Shown: in pieces, positions 1 to 13,128 of the stretch
How positions within the stretch are numbered: position 1 is the stretch's first letter
Layout: every line of letters starts with the position of its first letter
Source of the DNA: Hyphochytrium catenoides
Taxonomy: Eukaryota > Protista > Hyphochytriomycota
DNA: 64,000 bases
Direction of reading: 5' to 3'
Assembly: GCA_900088475.1 (NCBI GenBank)
Contig: FLMG01002723.1
Span: forward strand, 1-64,000
The notes under the pieces: generated by a model
The model's database searches: none
The model's input: the letters and a program-made list of their open reading frames with translations, nothing else
Told to the model about the DNA's origin: nothing
Position numbers and translations under genes: made by a program

Positions 1-1056
1 CGGTGTCCTCTGTATCGCACTACCGCAGAGCGACGCCAGCCCCTCTGGGGTATTCCCTTCACCATCCACCGCCATCTTCCTCTCCACCTCTTCTAAATCT
101 CTATCTAGAACTATCCCTGTCCTTTATAGAGCACGGAAGATAATTGTTTATAGCTAGCTGACTGATATATGAAGAGTATCGGAAGTGATAGTGCTGATCA
201 ATCCTGCAGGCATGCCGACGTACTCACTGGGAGCTGTACTCTGAAGACAGAATGCATTGCAAGTCGTCAATGATCCTAGAAGAGCTATGATAGCTTTAGG
301 AGGGAACAAATAAAGATGAGCTTGTCCCACTTCATTTGATAGCTTGAACTAGGCAGAGTCTGGTCCACTTTGGCTCACCAACCATAAAGGAAGATCTACT
401 ACAGAAAGCGGAACGCTGTGGTTCTATAATAGTGAGCCCAAGAGTATAATATAAATGGTCATTCTATGGTTCTACAATGAGCCCATGAGTTAGGAAGAAG
501 TGGTAGCCGGATTATAGAGACCTGAGTCATCGCGACACGGGTTGTCGTTCAAAGGAGCCTATCTCCAATCCAAAGAAAGCTTGGAAGCACAAGCAAGAAA
601 CTCGCACTTAATCCCGTGAACCGTAATATCTCCCTCTTCTACCTCTTGAGGACGTCTGCCTAGACATCTGTCTACCCAAAAAACTTGTTGAACACTGAGC
701 CTTGTCATCATCTAGTTCAACTGCCCCTGACTTAGTGAATGAGCACACACCGCGCTGTTTGCGTCTTGCGTGTTCAGCGCTCCACTTCAGCTTAAGCAGT
801 CCGAATTGACCGCGATATCTGAGAACTGTATCTGTTTTCTGTGCATCTGCAGGTGCTTCTCTATCAGTGTCGTGGCAGAAGTATCGAGTTTCTTACTTTA
901 TCTCGAGTCTATTGGAACTATTCTGATGATCCCCTTCCCTGGGGTTGACCGATTCCTCACCTCAGCTCTCAGCTGTTTGGTGACTGACGGTACGCGGTGA
1001 TCAGTCTCAGCCTTTATCAGCAGCATGCTAAGTCCAGAGTAGTGGAGGATGTCCAT
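1..1056 (-). CDS. Possible multi-exon hypothetical gene running off the left edge (partial)
   Basis: ATG at 1056 opens MDILHYSGLSMLLIKAETDHRVPSVTKQLRAE, which ends at a GAG|gtgagg donor. An in-phase exon (ctgcag|MHRKQIQFSDIA|gt) follows near 850-812. No recognisable domain. Confidence 0.25.
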
Positions 1057-1226
1057 GTGCTATGACCCATGCGCAGAGATGCTAGGGACGCGTCTATAAG
1101 ACGTCATAGTGTTCAGCAGAAGGGCCTAGAGATAGTCGTACGGCGACTTGGCGATAAGCGACTCCTTTACACATAGTGCTATCCGCATGTTGAATATAAA
1201 TAAGCTTGTCATCGCACCAGTCCGGG

Positions 1227-4200
1227 TTAGAGGTGGGTGACCGCATTGTTGACCAGGCCTGAGCTCTCTGTAGCTCCACCCAACCGTCTGTTGTCCTCAT
1301 CTGGTGGAAGGTCGAAGAGCTCACAGAAGAACTTGTTGTCTCCATAAGGCGATGAGTATCGGTCCATGATTTCGTCAATAAGCCTTTTGCGCGTGGGGAA
1401 TGGTGGAAGGTAGACTGCCGCCTGCATGAGTGATCCAATTAATCCCCAATAAGAAAGCTCCTCACTCTTGCTCAAATATAATCTATCTCAAAAGTTTCTC
1501 TGGCTCTTCCTGCGTTTTCTCTTTCAAAGTCAGCTTAACCGTTAGCCCATTCCGTTTGGCATTATCCCTTCAAACTGGTTTCAATTGTTCTTGCCCAACT
1601 GCCCTCTATCAAATGCCACCGCTTTTGCTCAGGGACTTCATTGCCCGCCAGCGACTTACCTTTCGACGACAAACTCGATTCGCACTGATTGCAGTCTGCG
1701 GTGTGCGGACAGAGAGAACTTAGGCTCTTCTTCAACCCTGAACATTACTTCAAGAGGAGCCAAGAGACAGCCATTGAAAGAGGAGAAAAGCGAAGAAAGA
1801 CGGAAGAACAGGCAGAGCTCAGACTTACCTGCCGCACGAACGTTCCAAGAAGGTTTCTGCCGACCACCATGCCATCCATAAGGGGACCAAAACTTCGCAG
1901 CTGTTGCAAGAACAAGGTGAGGTGTAAATGGAAGGTACAGGTTAACTAATCAGGGCACGCATGCTTCCTTGCACGACTTTCCGCATGTGACATCCTATCC
2001 TTCTTGTCTTATATCCTCCTCTTTCCCACACACAGCACTCCGAGAGTAATGTGGTGAGTCCTATCGTCATAGCATAAACTATTCTACTTTTCTCACTGCC
2101 GTTATCCTGCACCTTACCTCGCTCTTGGTAACAATCTCTATTCTATAGAGCCCGTTGTGGTACTTCTTCAGGGGGTATATTATAATTCGGACCTCGTTGA
2201 ATTTACTGCACAGAGAGAAGGAGGCGTGTTAAGGCTGCGATTTTAAGTGAGGGTGCTTGACAACCAGTCACCGGGCTTGCGATGCTATGCTGAACCCAAC
2301 ATTCTTGCGCATTCACTCCCGGATGTCAACCTTCGCACACCTCTTCCTTGGATGTGACTGTCTACGTCTAGCCTGACCCTTGCGAATCCTTTACTCCTTA
2401 CTAGGTTCTATCTAATTATTGCGTACCTCGAGATCGTCTCAGGGTTGTAAGGCCGGTCGTCGTCGCTCCAGATTATCGTGACGAAATCATTACCGACATG
2501 CCGTTTCTGTAAGAACAATCATCGCGCTACGTCAGACGACTTCAGGGTAAGAAAGTTGTTGTTGATAGCACGCTAGGCGCAGAAAGGAAAGTATGGTCAT
2601 CAGCTTTGGCCGTGACAAAAACAGTTTGGAGCACGAACGACGTATAATGACCACGCACTTGCTAGTTTCGGGAAAGGGACAGCATGAGTAGCAGGGGAAA
2701 AGGCACAATCCTAGATTATAACGATAGGATCCACGAAAGCTTGTGTGTGACACCAGCGACCCTCGGGTGAGAAATAGAATGTGTTGGAATACCTTATCTA
2801 TCTGCTTTGTATCGCCCGGCTTTGTCTTCATCATCGTAACCACATGGAACATGACCTCCACTAAGGCAGTAGCATAATAAATGGACTTTTTGCCGTTTGC
2901 AAGAGATCCAGCGTTGGTGTCCAGCCCACCAGAAAACCCATCGTGCGTCCCGAGATCGACCTGCAGAAGGTGGCCAGAAGGTCAGCGGCACAAGAGAGGG
3001 TAAGGAGGTTGCCTTGTGCTTGGGTAGGTGAGAGCAAGGGAGGCAGCTGAGTGAACCGCAGGATTCCGATATCCTCATTTTTCAAAAGAGAAGACGACCA
3101 GAGCACAGAGAGAGAGAGAGCAGACGAGAAAGAAGTCTGGCAGGGACAAAGGAGGCGTCACAGTTAAGGATGGAGGAGGACAAAGCAAGCAAAGACTTAC
3201 TTCCCAGCCTAGAGATTTAAGAAATTCCTCGTAATCTCGTGACCCTGACGTATTCTGCAGAATCTCAGACTGCTCGTGCTGCCCCTTGCCGACATAAACT
3301 ACACCGATCTTCACTGTCTCTCTCGCTGGAGACTGGTCCAAGTTCTTTAAAGAACGCACGAGCTTGTCGTCTTTACTATCCAAGAGGCGAAGGTTCCTAC
3401 TTTTGATTGGAGGAAATATGCCCAAATGTGCAACCAGCATTCTACACATATCCAGGGCATTGACCGCTCCTCGCTGGGCTGGGAACGAGAGGGCGCTCTT
3501 AGCTACTGGATGTTGTTGGAAGAACTCTCTGGCCATTCTATTGAATTGTATGCCCGTGGACTCCATCTGAACCAACTCATGGTAGAGCTTAAGTTGCGAA
3601 GGACAAAGCGAGCTGCACAGCAAGAAAGGGATAGTAGACAGTTAGCATATGAGATAAAGTAAGGCATGAAAAGATCTAGCAGGAAGGGTATCAAAGGTTG
3701 CACAAATTGTCAAGGACACCAAACTCGAGGCTCCAGAGATAGTAGTCCCTTTGTCCTGGCAATGCTATTGCGTTACCTTTTCATGAATCCGGGCATGTAC
3801 GTCGACTCAATCAGCTGCAAGGCATCCAGCTTCAACTGATTGAAAAGTTCCTTGCTCCAGTGGCAGAAGTCATTCCGGATGCCCTTCTTCCGCCCCAAGT
3901 CATCGTTTTCTGTTTCCTTATCCCTCAAGTCAGCTCTATCTGTTACTTTCCTGTCCGCAGTCGTCTTCCCATCAGCCTGGGCTTCTTTATTTTCATCCAG
4001 CTCTGTAGCCTTCATCCGCGCCAGGAGCTCTTGATTGAGATGAGGATAGGATGTGTGGTGGAACTTTCCAGGGAGCAAGAAGACATCGATAATCTGGGAT
4101 GCTATCCTCTTCTCGTCGTCGTCTTTCTCAGCTCTGTTTAAAGCATTTACTTGTTGGCTGCATAAGAGGGAAGAGATAGAGGCGGGCAGGCAGTAACCGA

Positions 4201-7200
4201 GAAAGGGTTAGACGCCTAGTAGTACTGAAACAAGGCGAAATTAGCTGCTGGGTTGACCCAAGACAGAGTGACTGAAGGTCAGTTCAGAGTAGAGAGTATA
4301 TCACGGAGAAAGAGCGAGGAAAACAGAGACCGACCAAAAGGGCAGTAAGCCTTCCGCTCTGAACGTTTGGAGGTAGCCAAAGAGTCCATGGCTGACTTCC
4401 TTGTCATTTAGAACTCTCTCCATGAAGATCGGCCCGGTACTTGCCAAGAACTGCTCTATGTAGAACTCAGATGCAGAGCGGCTTGGAGACTTCCTTGTCT
4501 GTGGCTAAAGATGTGTATACAGAGACACCAGCATTCAGCGTGGAGAGGGCAAGGAAGTCAGGAGGCGTAGACACGGTATCGATTCCCTCAACCAACAGAC
4601 TTCACCCTTACTTCCACCCCACGATGCCAGCCAGCGTCTAATCTTTCAGTGCCAATGTGCAACCTCCGGCTCTCGCCCTCTGTCGCTCGTTCACTTGTAG
4701 TAACGTTCCGCCCTCCACCAGTACTGCCACTCTATGTTATGGACACGCTTTTATCAAAGGCGCTCTACACGTTGCTCCGTCAGATTGTTTACCTTTTGTG
4801 CATCGTGCTCCTGTCCCACTGTGAACGAGCCCCCTAAAAGTGTTGCATCCTTGCTGTCCATCTTGCAGTCAGGGAAGCGTTGATGGATGTGCTTCAGGGT
4901 GAGACTGAGGATGTCTCTCTCTCCTTCCATTGCTCCTATGCCCTCTTCTGTCTTTGAGACAGAGAATAAGCCCAGCACCGAGATGGGAGAGTTGGCCTCA
5001 GACGAGATTCGAGCACTGTCCAGAGGAGAGGGCGAAGAGGTAAAGTAAGGCTTTACATGTGATGCTCATATAAACAGATAGACGCAAAGGCAATGAACGC
5101 GGACCAAACCGAAGCAGATTTGATTGAAAGTAGTGCTCAGCTCACTCACCGGATCTCTTCTTCATCGTCCACCGCTCGCGACAACTGCACTCTCCTCCCT
5201 CCTTCAATTTGGTCTGCTCGCAAGATCTCTAACTTCAATCCATCAGCGCTTGCTTTAAAAGTAGCTGCGGTTAGATATAACAGTGGCTATTTTTGTGCAT
5301 ACTTAGACCAGCCCATTCCAGCTTATACCGTTTGCTAAGCTATCCATGAGGTTGCCCTCCGACTTGTAGGACTTTAAACTTCGTCTCCTTGGGCTTGTCT
5401 TCCCAGCATCTAAGGAGCATATAGGGGGAAGAGAGGACAGGATAAGCCGAAACGAATGGCTGTGCCGAGTTCTCAGGGAAAAGAATGATAATAGAACCAG
5501 ACTGCTCGATTGCTTGCCCGCAGACAGGGAGTAACCTCAATTTTACTATAAAACTTCAAACACGCCGTACTAGCAACGGGCGTAGGAGAGTAAGAAAACA
5601 CGGTCCAAACTGTACTCACTGAGGCTTGAGGTGAGATTCTCTCGAGTAGGGGTCAACGGCATCTCTGACTTGGCGGACTTGAACTCTGGAGAATTGTCAG
5701 GCGAGTTGTATTCCATCACGCTCTTTGCTTGACTTAGAGAGCTAGCCCTGGTCCTCTCTCTCTGCGCACTCTGCGCTAGGTTTGGCGAATGTTGGATTTT
5801 GAGCTGCTCCTTCGCACCAGGGCCCTTGGGTCCCATTGCTTGTCTTGCTTGCGACCTTCCCCTCCGTTCGTCGTCCATGCTCGAATCCTTCAGCTGGGTG
5901 GTGCGACTTTGAGGTGGTGTTCGAGGAGGGCGAGGACTACCGATAGAAGAACCGTCTTTCAGCCCCCCTAGGGCAGCGCTGACAACCATCTCTAGCGAGA
6001 GAAGGGCCACGTATTCCCCAACCTGTCCCATCATCACTCTCTTAGCGCGAGACTCCACTTCCACCCCTAATTCATTTTCCTCGTAGGCTTCTTCCGTAGG
6101 GAAATCTTCCGTTAGGACCTCCAGCAAAGAGTTGCCTCCCCCTTGGCTAGGAGGAATGACTTCTTCCCCGGATTCCGAGTCAAAGAGACTTCCCCTTCTC
6201 CCTCTACTATTTATGTTCTCAAGTATCTCCTTCTCAACGAAAGTTAGGGGTTGAATCTCCCAGGAATAAGTGCCTGTGACGTCTCTCATCACCAGCTGTG
6301 CCCTGTCACCTGCTCCCCCTATGAGGGAGACAATGCTAGACTTCATATAGCTGAAGGTTAAAACTGGATGACCTGGTAAGCGACTGCCACTATCTGTAGG
6401 ATTTAGAAACGGATTTCCAGAAAACGGGGCTTAGCATGGTTGCCGATGGGCAATGACGATATAATACGAGCACTAAAGGGACTAAGCTGGAAGACAGGGT
6501 CACCAAACCAGAAGCAGACATCTCATACCAGAACAAACAATTGACACGGCTAAGTCCTCTACAAGTTCCAAAGCGTGGTGCTACCATCTCTTTGCTCCAT
6601 CTATCAACATATCCGTTCGGGCACCCAGCTCCCTTATCACTCACCGTCATACTTTCCATCCGTGAACTCTGTCATGCTGGAGTGTATTTTTGCAGATGAA
6701 GCTGACCGAGGGAAGTTGTGGTACTGGTTTATGATAAAATGAAGAAACGCCTCGGCTGTTTCAGCCATGGGCCTCAAATTGTCCAACTGAGGGGTCCGTC
6801 GATCTCCAGAGAGTCTCTCTCTCAGCTCCAAACCAAACTCTAGAACAGATTTTTGTCTTGTCCCAGCCATCCTGCACACAGAGCGGTTAGCTGCTCTTAG
6901 GTGTACGATGTCCACCTACTAGTGACTAACAAAACCCACCTCTCCTGCCACTTTCCTCCTGGAATCTGTCCGCTCATCGCGCATTCAACAGCATAGAAGA
7001 CAGCACGAGCGGTGTCCGGTTCTTTGAAGACTGAAGAGGTGTCCACCATGATCCAGGTGGAGAGAGCGTCGAATAATTGAACAATCCGGTTGCTCAGTCT
7101 CTCTACCGAACGGAAAGGAAGACTTGCTCCTCCCTCTCCCACTCCTCCTTCGGGGGCTGATGGAGGACGGGAACTCGCAGTAGAGAGGGGCCTACCAGCG

Positions 7201-10200
7201 CTGATACTATCAAGATCACTTTTTATCTCTCTAAGAGCGGTTTCTACCTGATACCTCACACCATCAGCGAGAGAAAGTATGATAAAGGGGCGTAGACGGC
7301 TATCCTTCTTCTGTAAAAGGACGTGGTATTCTGACAAGCACTTCAAAATTTCGATCGCCACTTCTCCCATGTCATCCAAACGGTTAAGGAAAGAGCAGAG
7401 CAGCTCCATCCATTCCTAGGTGGATAGGGGGCAACAAGTACGACAAGGCCTTCCTCAGCGCGGGTGTGTTATGAATGCGAAGAGCGAAGGACTAGAGTAC
7501 CAGGAGTACCAAGAGGTGACCAATAAGAAGATAGGCAGAGGAACCGATGCACTCAGCAACAAGAGACACTCGACGATTGACGGAAGTAGACATGAGAGAT
7601 GGTTAGGTGTTGTCTAACTTGGTTCTTTACCTGGAACAGCGTCAGTTCCAGCCTATCACCGGGTGTTTCATTGTGCGGCATATCAATGGAATCATCTCTG
7701 GCGGAAAGCTCATCTGCCATCAGAAAGTAGAGCCCCCAGAGTGACATGTTTTTCATCTCTAGTGTCGCGGACGGAATATCAAGGGAGCGGGCAAGAGTCT
7801 TCCCAATGAACTCTTTCAGCTGGGGCCGTTGCTTTGTCTGAAGCACCATCTGGCGGAGCTCCTACCCACCCAAGGAAAAAGGGGCCAAAAATCAGTCAGA
7901 TTCCTTGAGACTTGGAAGAAAAGACAGCCAGGAGACAAGCTGAGAGAGTGGAATAGGCCGCTATCTCCCCATCTTCCCTCGTTATGAGATTCCATAGAGG
8001 AAAAATGAAGAGGTCCTTATACTATGCGCGAGGAGATGAAGAGGTAGATGACAGCTTTGACTTACCTTGCTCAGCGTCGTGCTGCTAACAATAGCTTCAT
8101 TCTCAAAAAAAGCGCTCCAGGAACCGTATTCCCGGCCGGCATAGCGATTGGGAAATGGAATAAGAGAGAAGAGAGACTTCAGCGCTGCCATAGTCGAGTT
8201 CTTGCCTACAGGATGCTTAGATTCAAACGTGGGATTCAGCATCTCCCCTAAGACATGCGCGAAGGGTGCTATCAGGAAGTTCAGGCCCGGGACTTCCCGC
8301 AAAAAGAGGTCTTGAGAGTGTCGGACAACTGTTACCCATAACTCTGTCTTGTTGGACGACAAAGCGCCGTACAGGACACTGGAGAGGACATGTCAATTAA
8401 CCAAAGGTAACAAAGGAGAGCGAATATGGAGGACTCTTGACGACGCTATAGGGAGAGACTAGAGCTTAAGGCGTACGGAGACGATAAAGGAAGAAAATCA
8501 AGAAGTGATATTGTGAGCGCAGGGGATTCAGTAGACTTCGGATAACACTTCTTACCTCGTGAGCCTGAGGAGGTGATCACTCCTAAGGACTGTGTCTGTT
8601 TGGACAAGAGAGAGCCGCAGCAGAGTCTCTACCGCCGCCAATCTGCTGTTGAGATACTCTTCGTCCATTCGCTCACAAGTAGGCAGCACCCACGGGGACA
8701 GGACTGCAATGATGGTACTAGGATTAACCTTCTGCAGTGGCCCTCCTCGCACTGCCCGCGCATGGTCCGAGCCCTTAGCTTCTGGGGCGATACCGTCCTC
8801 TATCCAAAGGCGGGCGACGTCAAGCAGAGAACGGATTACCAAGGCGTGTAATTTGGGGTCCAGACTGCCAAGAGTGGTTGGAGGAACAATGTGAAGAAGG
8901 CGGTCAAAGAGGATGAAGACCTCCTCAGTCGTATATGCTCTGAGAGTAAGAGCAATCTTCTCTAGCTGCTGGAGATACTCTTTAACCGTGTCACCACCAG
9001 CGGGCGTTCCGGGACTTGAGCTGTCTTTAGGAGAAAGCATAGAGAACTTGCCAGGCGTCTGCTGTCTTCCCTCCTCATCTCTAGCGTCTGGCGGCCCAGA
9101 TCTTGCAGCGTTTAACATTCTTGAGAATATTCGGCTCGGAGGAGTCCTGGCCGCCGCTATTTCATCAGACAGTATAGCCTCTTCCATGCTCATTCCTTCT
9201 GGTAGGGGTTCTCTTTCTCGTTCTGCCATTCCTCTTGTCCCAGTGCCCGCTGCCAGTAGTTCATCTACCGCAAAAAACTTTAGAGCCGCTATGCGATGAT
9301 TATACATTCCAGGTTGAATCTTATTCATCATAATCGCGGTTAGACGAAGGAGCTCCTCCCTCCAGCAGAGGAGAATCTGAAAGCCAAGGTTGTTAGCGCA
9401 GGGCCAGGTAAGCCAACCCTTCACAGCCTGCGTGAGCTGGCTCCAAACCTGATGCTGAGACCTGTCCGGACTTCTCATCCAGGTATAAAGCATCAGCATA
9501 ACGAACTCATGCTGTGTTTCGACATAGATTGGCGAGTCTATAGACCGATAAGTGTGATCTATGATAGCAAGAACTGTCGCACGGAGTCTATCTGACGTCT
9601 CACTTTTCATAGAACAGCGGGAGAGAGCCTCTAGCAGAGATATGCTTGCTCGAATAAGGGATAATGGGGCTGCCTTGTTGACAAAGACAGTACTGACAGT
9701 CATCATCATCATCATGTACATTGACTCCATGTTATCCAGCATCCTGGCGGGCCGGGGCAGCGAACCGTGACACCATTGGCGGTACATGTACAAGGTATCG
9801 CCTAGGATCTCCACGTCTGTCATCTCCATTCGCTGTCTCAACATGTCCATCATTATGGCCGCATACTGCTGACTGCTCCATAGAATGTCAACCTTGCCTT
9901 GTGAGTCCCTGCATCTGGTGAACCATCGGGAGAGTTCTTTCTGTATGGCCGGCGGGCATAGGTTATAGAAGCCAATGCCGCTCTCAGTGGTTAGCTTTAC
10001 CACCTTAGCAGCCACAGGATAGAACAATGGCATAAAGTAGTGCATCAGAATGCCCCCCCAATAGGCAAATCTCTCATCGTCCTCCACGCTCCTCTCCCCT
10101 TCTCGCCCTTCCGACGGCCTCACGTTCATGATAGAGAAGTCGAGAATCATACGAAGCAACTGGACACTATCTTTTTCGGTAGGCGCATCTCCCCGAATAA

Positions 10201-10756
10201 GCGTCTCAGAGGACTCTGTCTTAGGTCTGAGAGGCAGCTTGGTGGTTCGGTCGGTGACAAATGGAGTGTAGTCGACATAGTTCGCAAGGAATTGGATGTG
10301 AGGGCCCTCAGGAGAAGCAAGGCGGATGGCGTCACTGTACAGCAGAAGACTCCGCAGCGTTCTCTCCCTTATATACTGCAAGTGGCCCGGAGAGCCCAGC
10401 TTAGCGAGGACTACCAAGAGACCGTTGTTCTGCCATCCTTTGGCGATCTTATCCTCGTTGGAGATCAACATTATGTCCATGAGGTCGAAGAGCTCCGTCC
10501 AGTCCTCCGCATTGGCATTCTTGGTGGATACTATCTTGAACAGACTGTCACTGGACTTGACGACTTGGTCAAATTGTCCAATGGTGGACACGATAACAGA
10601 GAAGACGGTGGGGCCATACTCCGCCATGAAGAGCTTCCGTGAATCGTCTGACGCTGAACGAAGGAAGTCCAGCGCCACCTTCAGCCGCTTTCGGGGGACG
10701 TTGGCGGTGGCAAAAAAGCGCTGAAGCTTTTTGTTATCAGCAAAGTCCGGTTCCAT
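1227..10756 (-). CDS. RALGAPA: Ral GTPase-activating protein alpha-like / tuberin-family Rap-GAP domain protein (multi-exon)
   Basis: The first exon (ATG 10756 to ~8556) is long and helical, with a RalGAPA-like start (LQRFF..RKRLKVALDFL..KLFMAEYGPTVFSV). The C-terminal Rap/Ran-GAP domain splices from exons RETVKIGVVYVGKGQ..EILQN..GS.DYEEFLKSLGWE | VDLGTHDGFSGGLD..SIYYATALVEVMFHVVTMM..QIDK | KRHVGNDFVTIIWSD | FNEVRIIIYPL..GLYRIEI | FGPLMDGMVV | TAISANR | PFPTRKRLIDEI, stop at 1227. Middle exon boundaries are not all resolved. Confidence 0.88.
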
Positions 10757-13128
10757 GGTGTGAACGAAGCCAAAGCGATAGGGCACGCCACTCCGTCAGA
10801 GAATTGGCTACCTTGGTCTAAGGCTCCGAAGAGCAAGCCTCAAGCATTAGAGGTGGTTTTCAATTCCGCTAGTTTGGCAATATATCAACTCCCAGGCCTT
10901 TCGCGTGCTGCTGGCCCTGGCGGATGGGTCTCTGCAGGCCGTCTCGACTGCACCATCATCCTCTCATGGACTCTGTCCCATGCCTGCAGTGCCTCTCGAC
11001 GCTTGAAGGATGATGCTCTCTCCATTGGCTCAATCATCATCTATCATCGCATCAGAAGCCCATGAGTCCTGAAAAGCTGCAAGAGAGACCATCAAGCGAT
11101 GAAGAGAGCCCCTTTCTCAACATCTCTCTTCGTTCTTCGCAATGACATCTCTCTCATTCTCTGTCTTGTCTTCTTGAGTCACACTCACATGGCTCTTTTA
11201 AGAGTGAAGCGTAGACCAACCTCCATCTCTTGGCTTCTCTATGTAGCCCTCTCACTGTTCTCACTCACTGCATTGGGAACAGGTACGACATACATCCCAT
11301 GGCCGTCACCGGCTATTAAGGCCGTTACTGGCTCCTCAAGCCATCACAAGCTCCAGCTGCACTTTCTGAAGTTGCAGTCAAGTCAAAGCGCACGGACAAG
11401 AAGAAGATGAAAGGTTTGAACTATCTGCTGTCTTTCTTCACTGCCATCATCAACGGGCGACGGAGTCAGATCCTATGATACTATTGAATCTCTTAGATCA
11501 TGCGTTTTAGTTGAATGCCAGGCCCCACCAGCCCCATCGTTGAGCTTTAGAGCAACTACAGGGTTAGCCTTAGCACTGACTTTGGATCACAAGAGTTCTT
11601 GACGACTAGAACTTGCAGTCAATTATATGACTAGACGTGTGGCTGTACAAAACTTTCTTAGCTTTTAACCATGATTCATCCTAGAGCTTTCTACCACCTT
11701 ATTACTATCTAACAATCGCGTGCCGCCGGCTCGTTGCAATGGCTCTACATCTCATTCGAGAAGAAGCAGTACTGCCAAAATTATCTGGCCTGCTGTTATT
11801 GGTCAGCAGCGTCCATTTGCTCTCTATTTCTAGACTAGGCCGGCAACTACAAGAACGAGCTTATTTCGCCATCCGCCAGCTGCAACTCTCCAGCATAGCC
11901 ATGAGGTCCCTCTATATTTGCCTCTGCCCTTAACATATATGATATCAAACGGTCGTGTGCTCCTCAAGAAGGAGAGATAGCAGGAAGTATGAGACTACTA
12001 GGGGTCGCGGCAAGCACTAAGAAAGATCATCTCTCCAAAATCTCTAATGATAGAAACCCATATATATCCATGTGACGCCAGGGGTAAAGCTCAGGAGAAA
12101 AAGGCTTATTACACAGACTGATCCAGACAATGTCACCCGGCTTGGGCACGAACTTCCAGTCCATCTTAATCACGCTCTGATGCAGCTTTTTTTTGAGCTG
12201 TCCGCTGGCAAACAATCTCTTGACCTCAGAAGCTCAGCCTTTGCTGTATAAAACGCTAAGATTCCCTGCAGTTTACAGGCTCATAACGGGTGCAGACATT
12301 GCCGAAAATAGGAATCTTAAGCCATTTTTGCAGCGTTTTCACTGGTTTTCTATCCTCTGTAACTTTCACATACACTACCATGAGGTATTTACTGGATGGG
12401 TATATTTCGTTCAGGGAATCTTTCTGGATGTAACGACCGATCCGAACCAATCTCTGTTATGTAACTTCCCTGTCTTGAGCTTCTGATGGACCGGTGTCTA
12501 TTGCGTTCTAAGTTTCGATGCGTGGGTGAGAGAGTAAGATGAGTTTACACCGAAAAAGCTGTGATTGTGTAAGGACAGTGAATCGTGGGTTTGACCAACT
12601 GTGTGGGTTTGTCGGTTTGGCGCGCATCAGTCCATATCCCTGGCCGTGGTCCTGCAGATGACTAACTCCCTGGAAGTAATGCTAGCGGAAAGGAAGGCTT
12701 AGAGTCATTGTGCTGAAGCCCGCAGAGCGCTAGGAACTAGCCGTAGGCACCCGTTGGCCTCTGGGAATGGGGCCATACAAGTGCTTTCTATCTCTTGCAG
12801 GTGATGCCATCAGGGCTCGGACACGTGAGACTGGACGAGTGTTTCGTTCCCGTCGTGGCTAGCTGTCAGCAGGTGGCGGGAACCAACTTTTTAGCGGCAA
12901 GTAGTCTTAGTCAAACAGCGCCTTGTACTGCTACTGAGCTCGCTCGGATCCGGCTCAGAGGCAGTCCGCTGTGTCGTTTCGGTTGGAGAACGGAAAAGCT
13001 TCAAATTGGCTGACATGGAACTTAGTCACAGAAAGGCCAAGCTGCTCTGAAGACGAAGCTCCTGGAAGACAGAATAGCATTTTCCTAACAACGAAACAGC
13101 TACCTGTTGGCTCTCCAAAGCTAGGACC

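Noticed and set aside
8573-10724. Several long + strand ORFs (up to 200 aa) overlapping the RalGAP first exon
   Set aside because: Antisense shadows of a long coding exon, with no motifs of their own.
10900-12500. Short ORFs upstream of RalGAP (e.g. 11099-11410, 12027-12450)
   Set aside because: No recognisable motifs or consistent splice chain, so I cannot support a gene or element.
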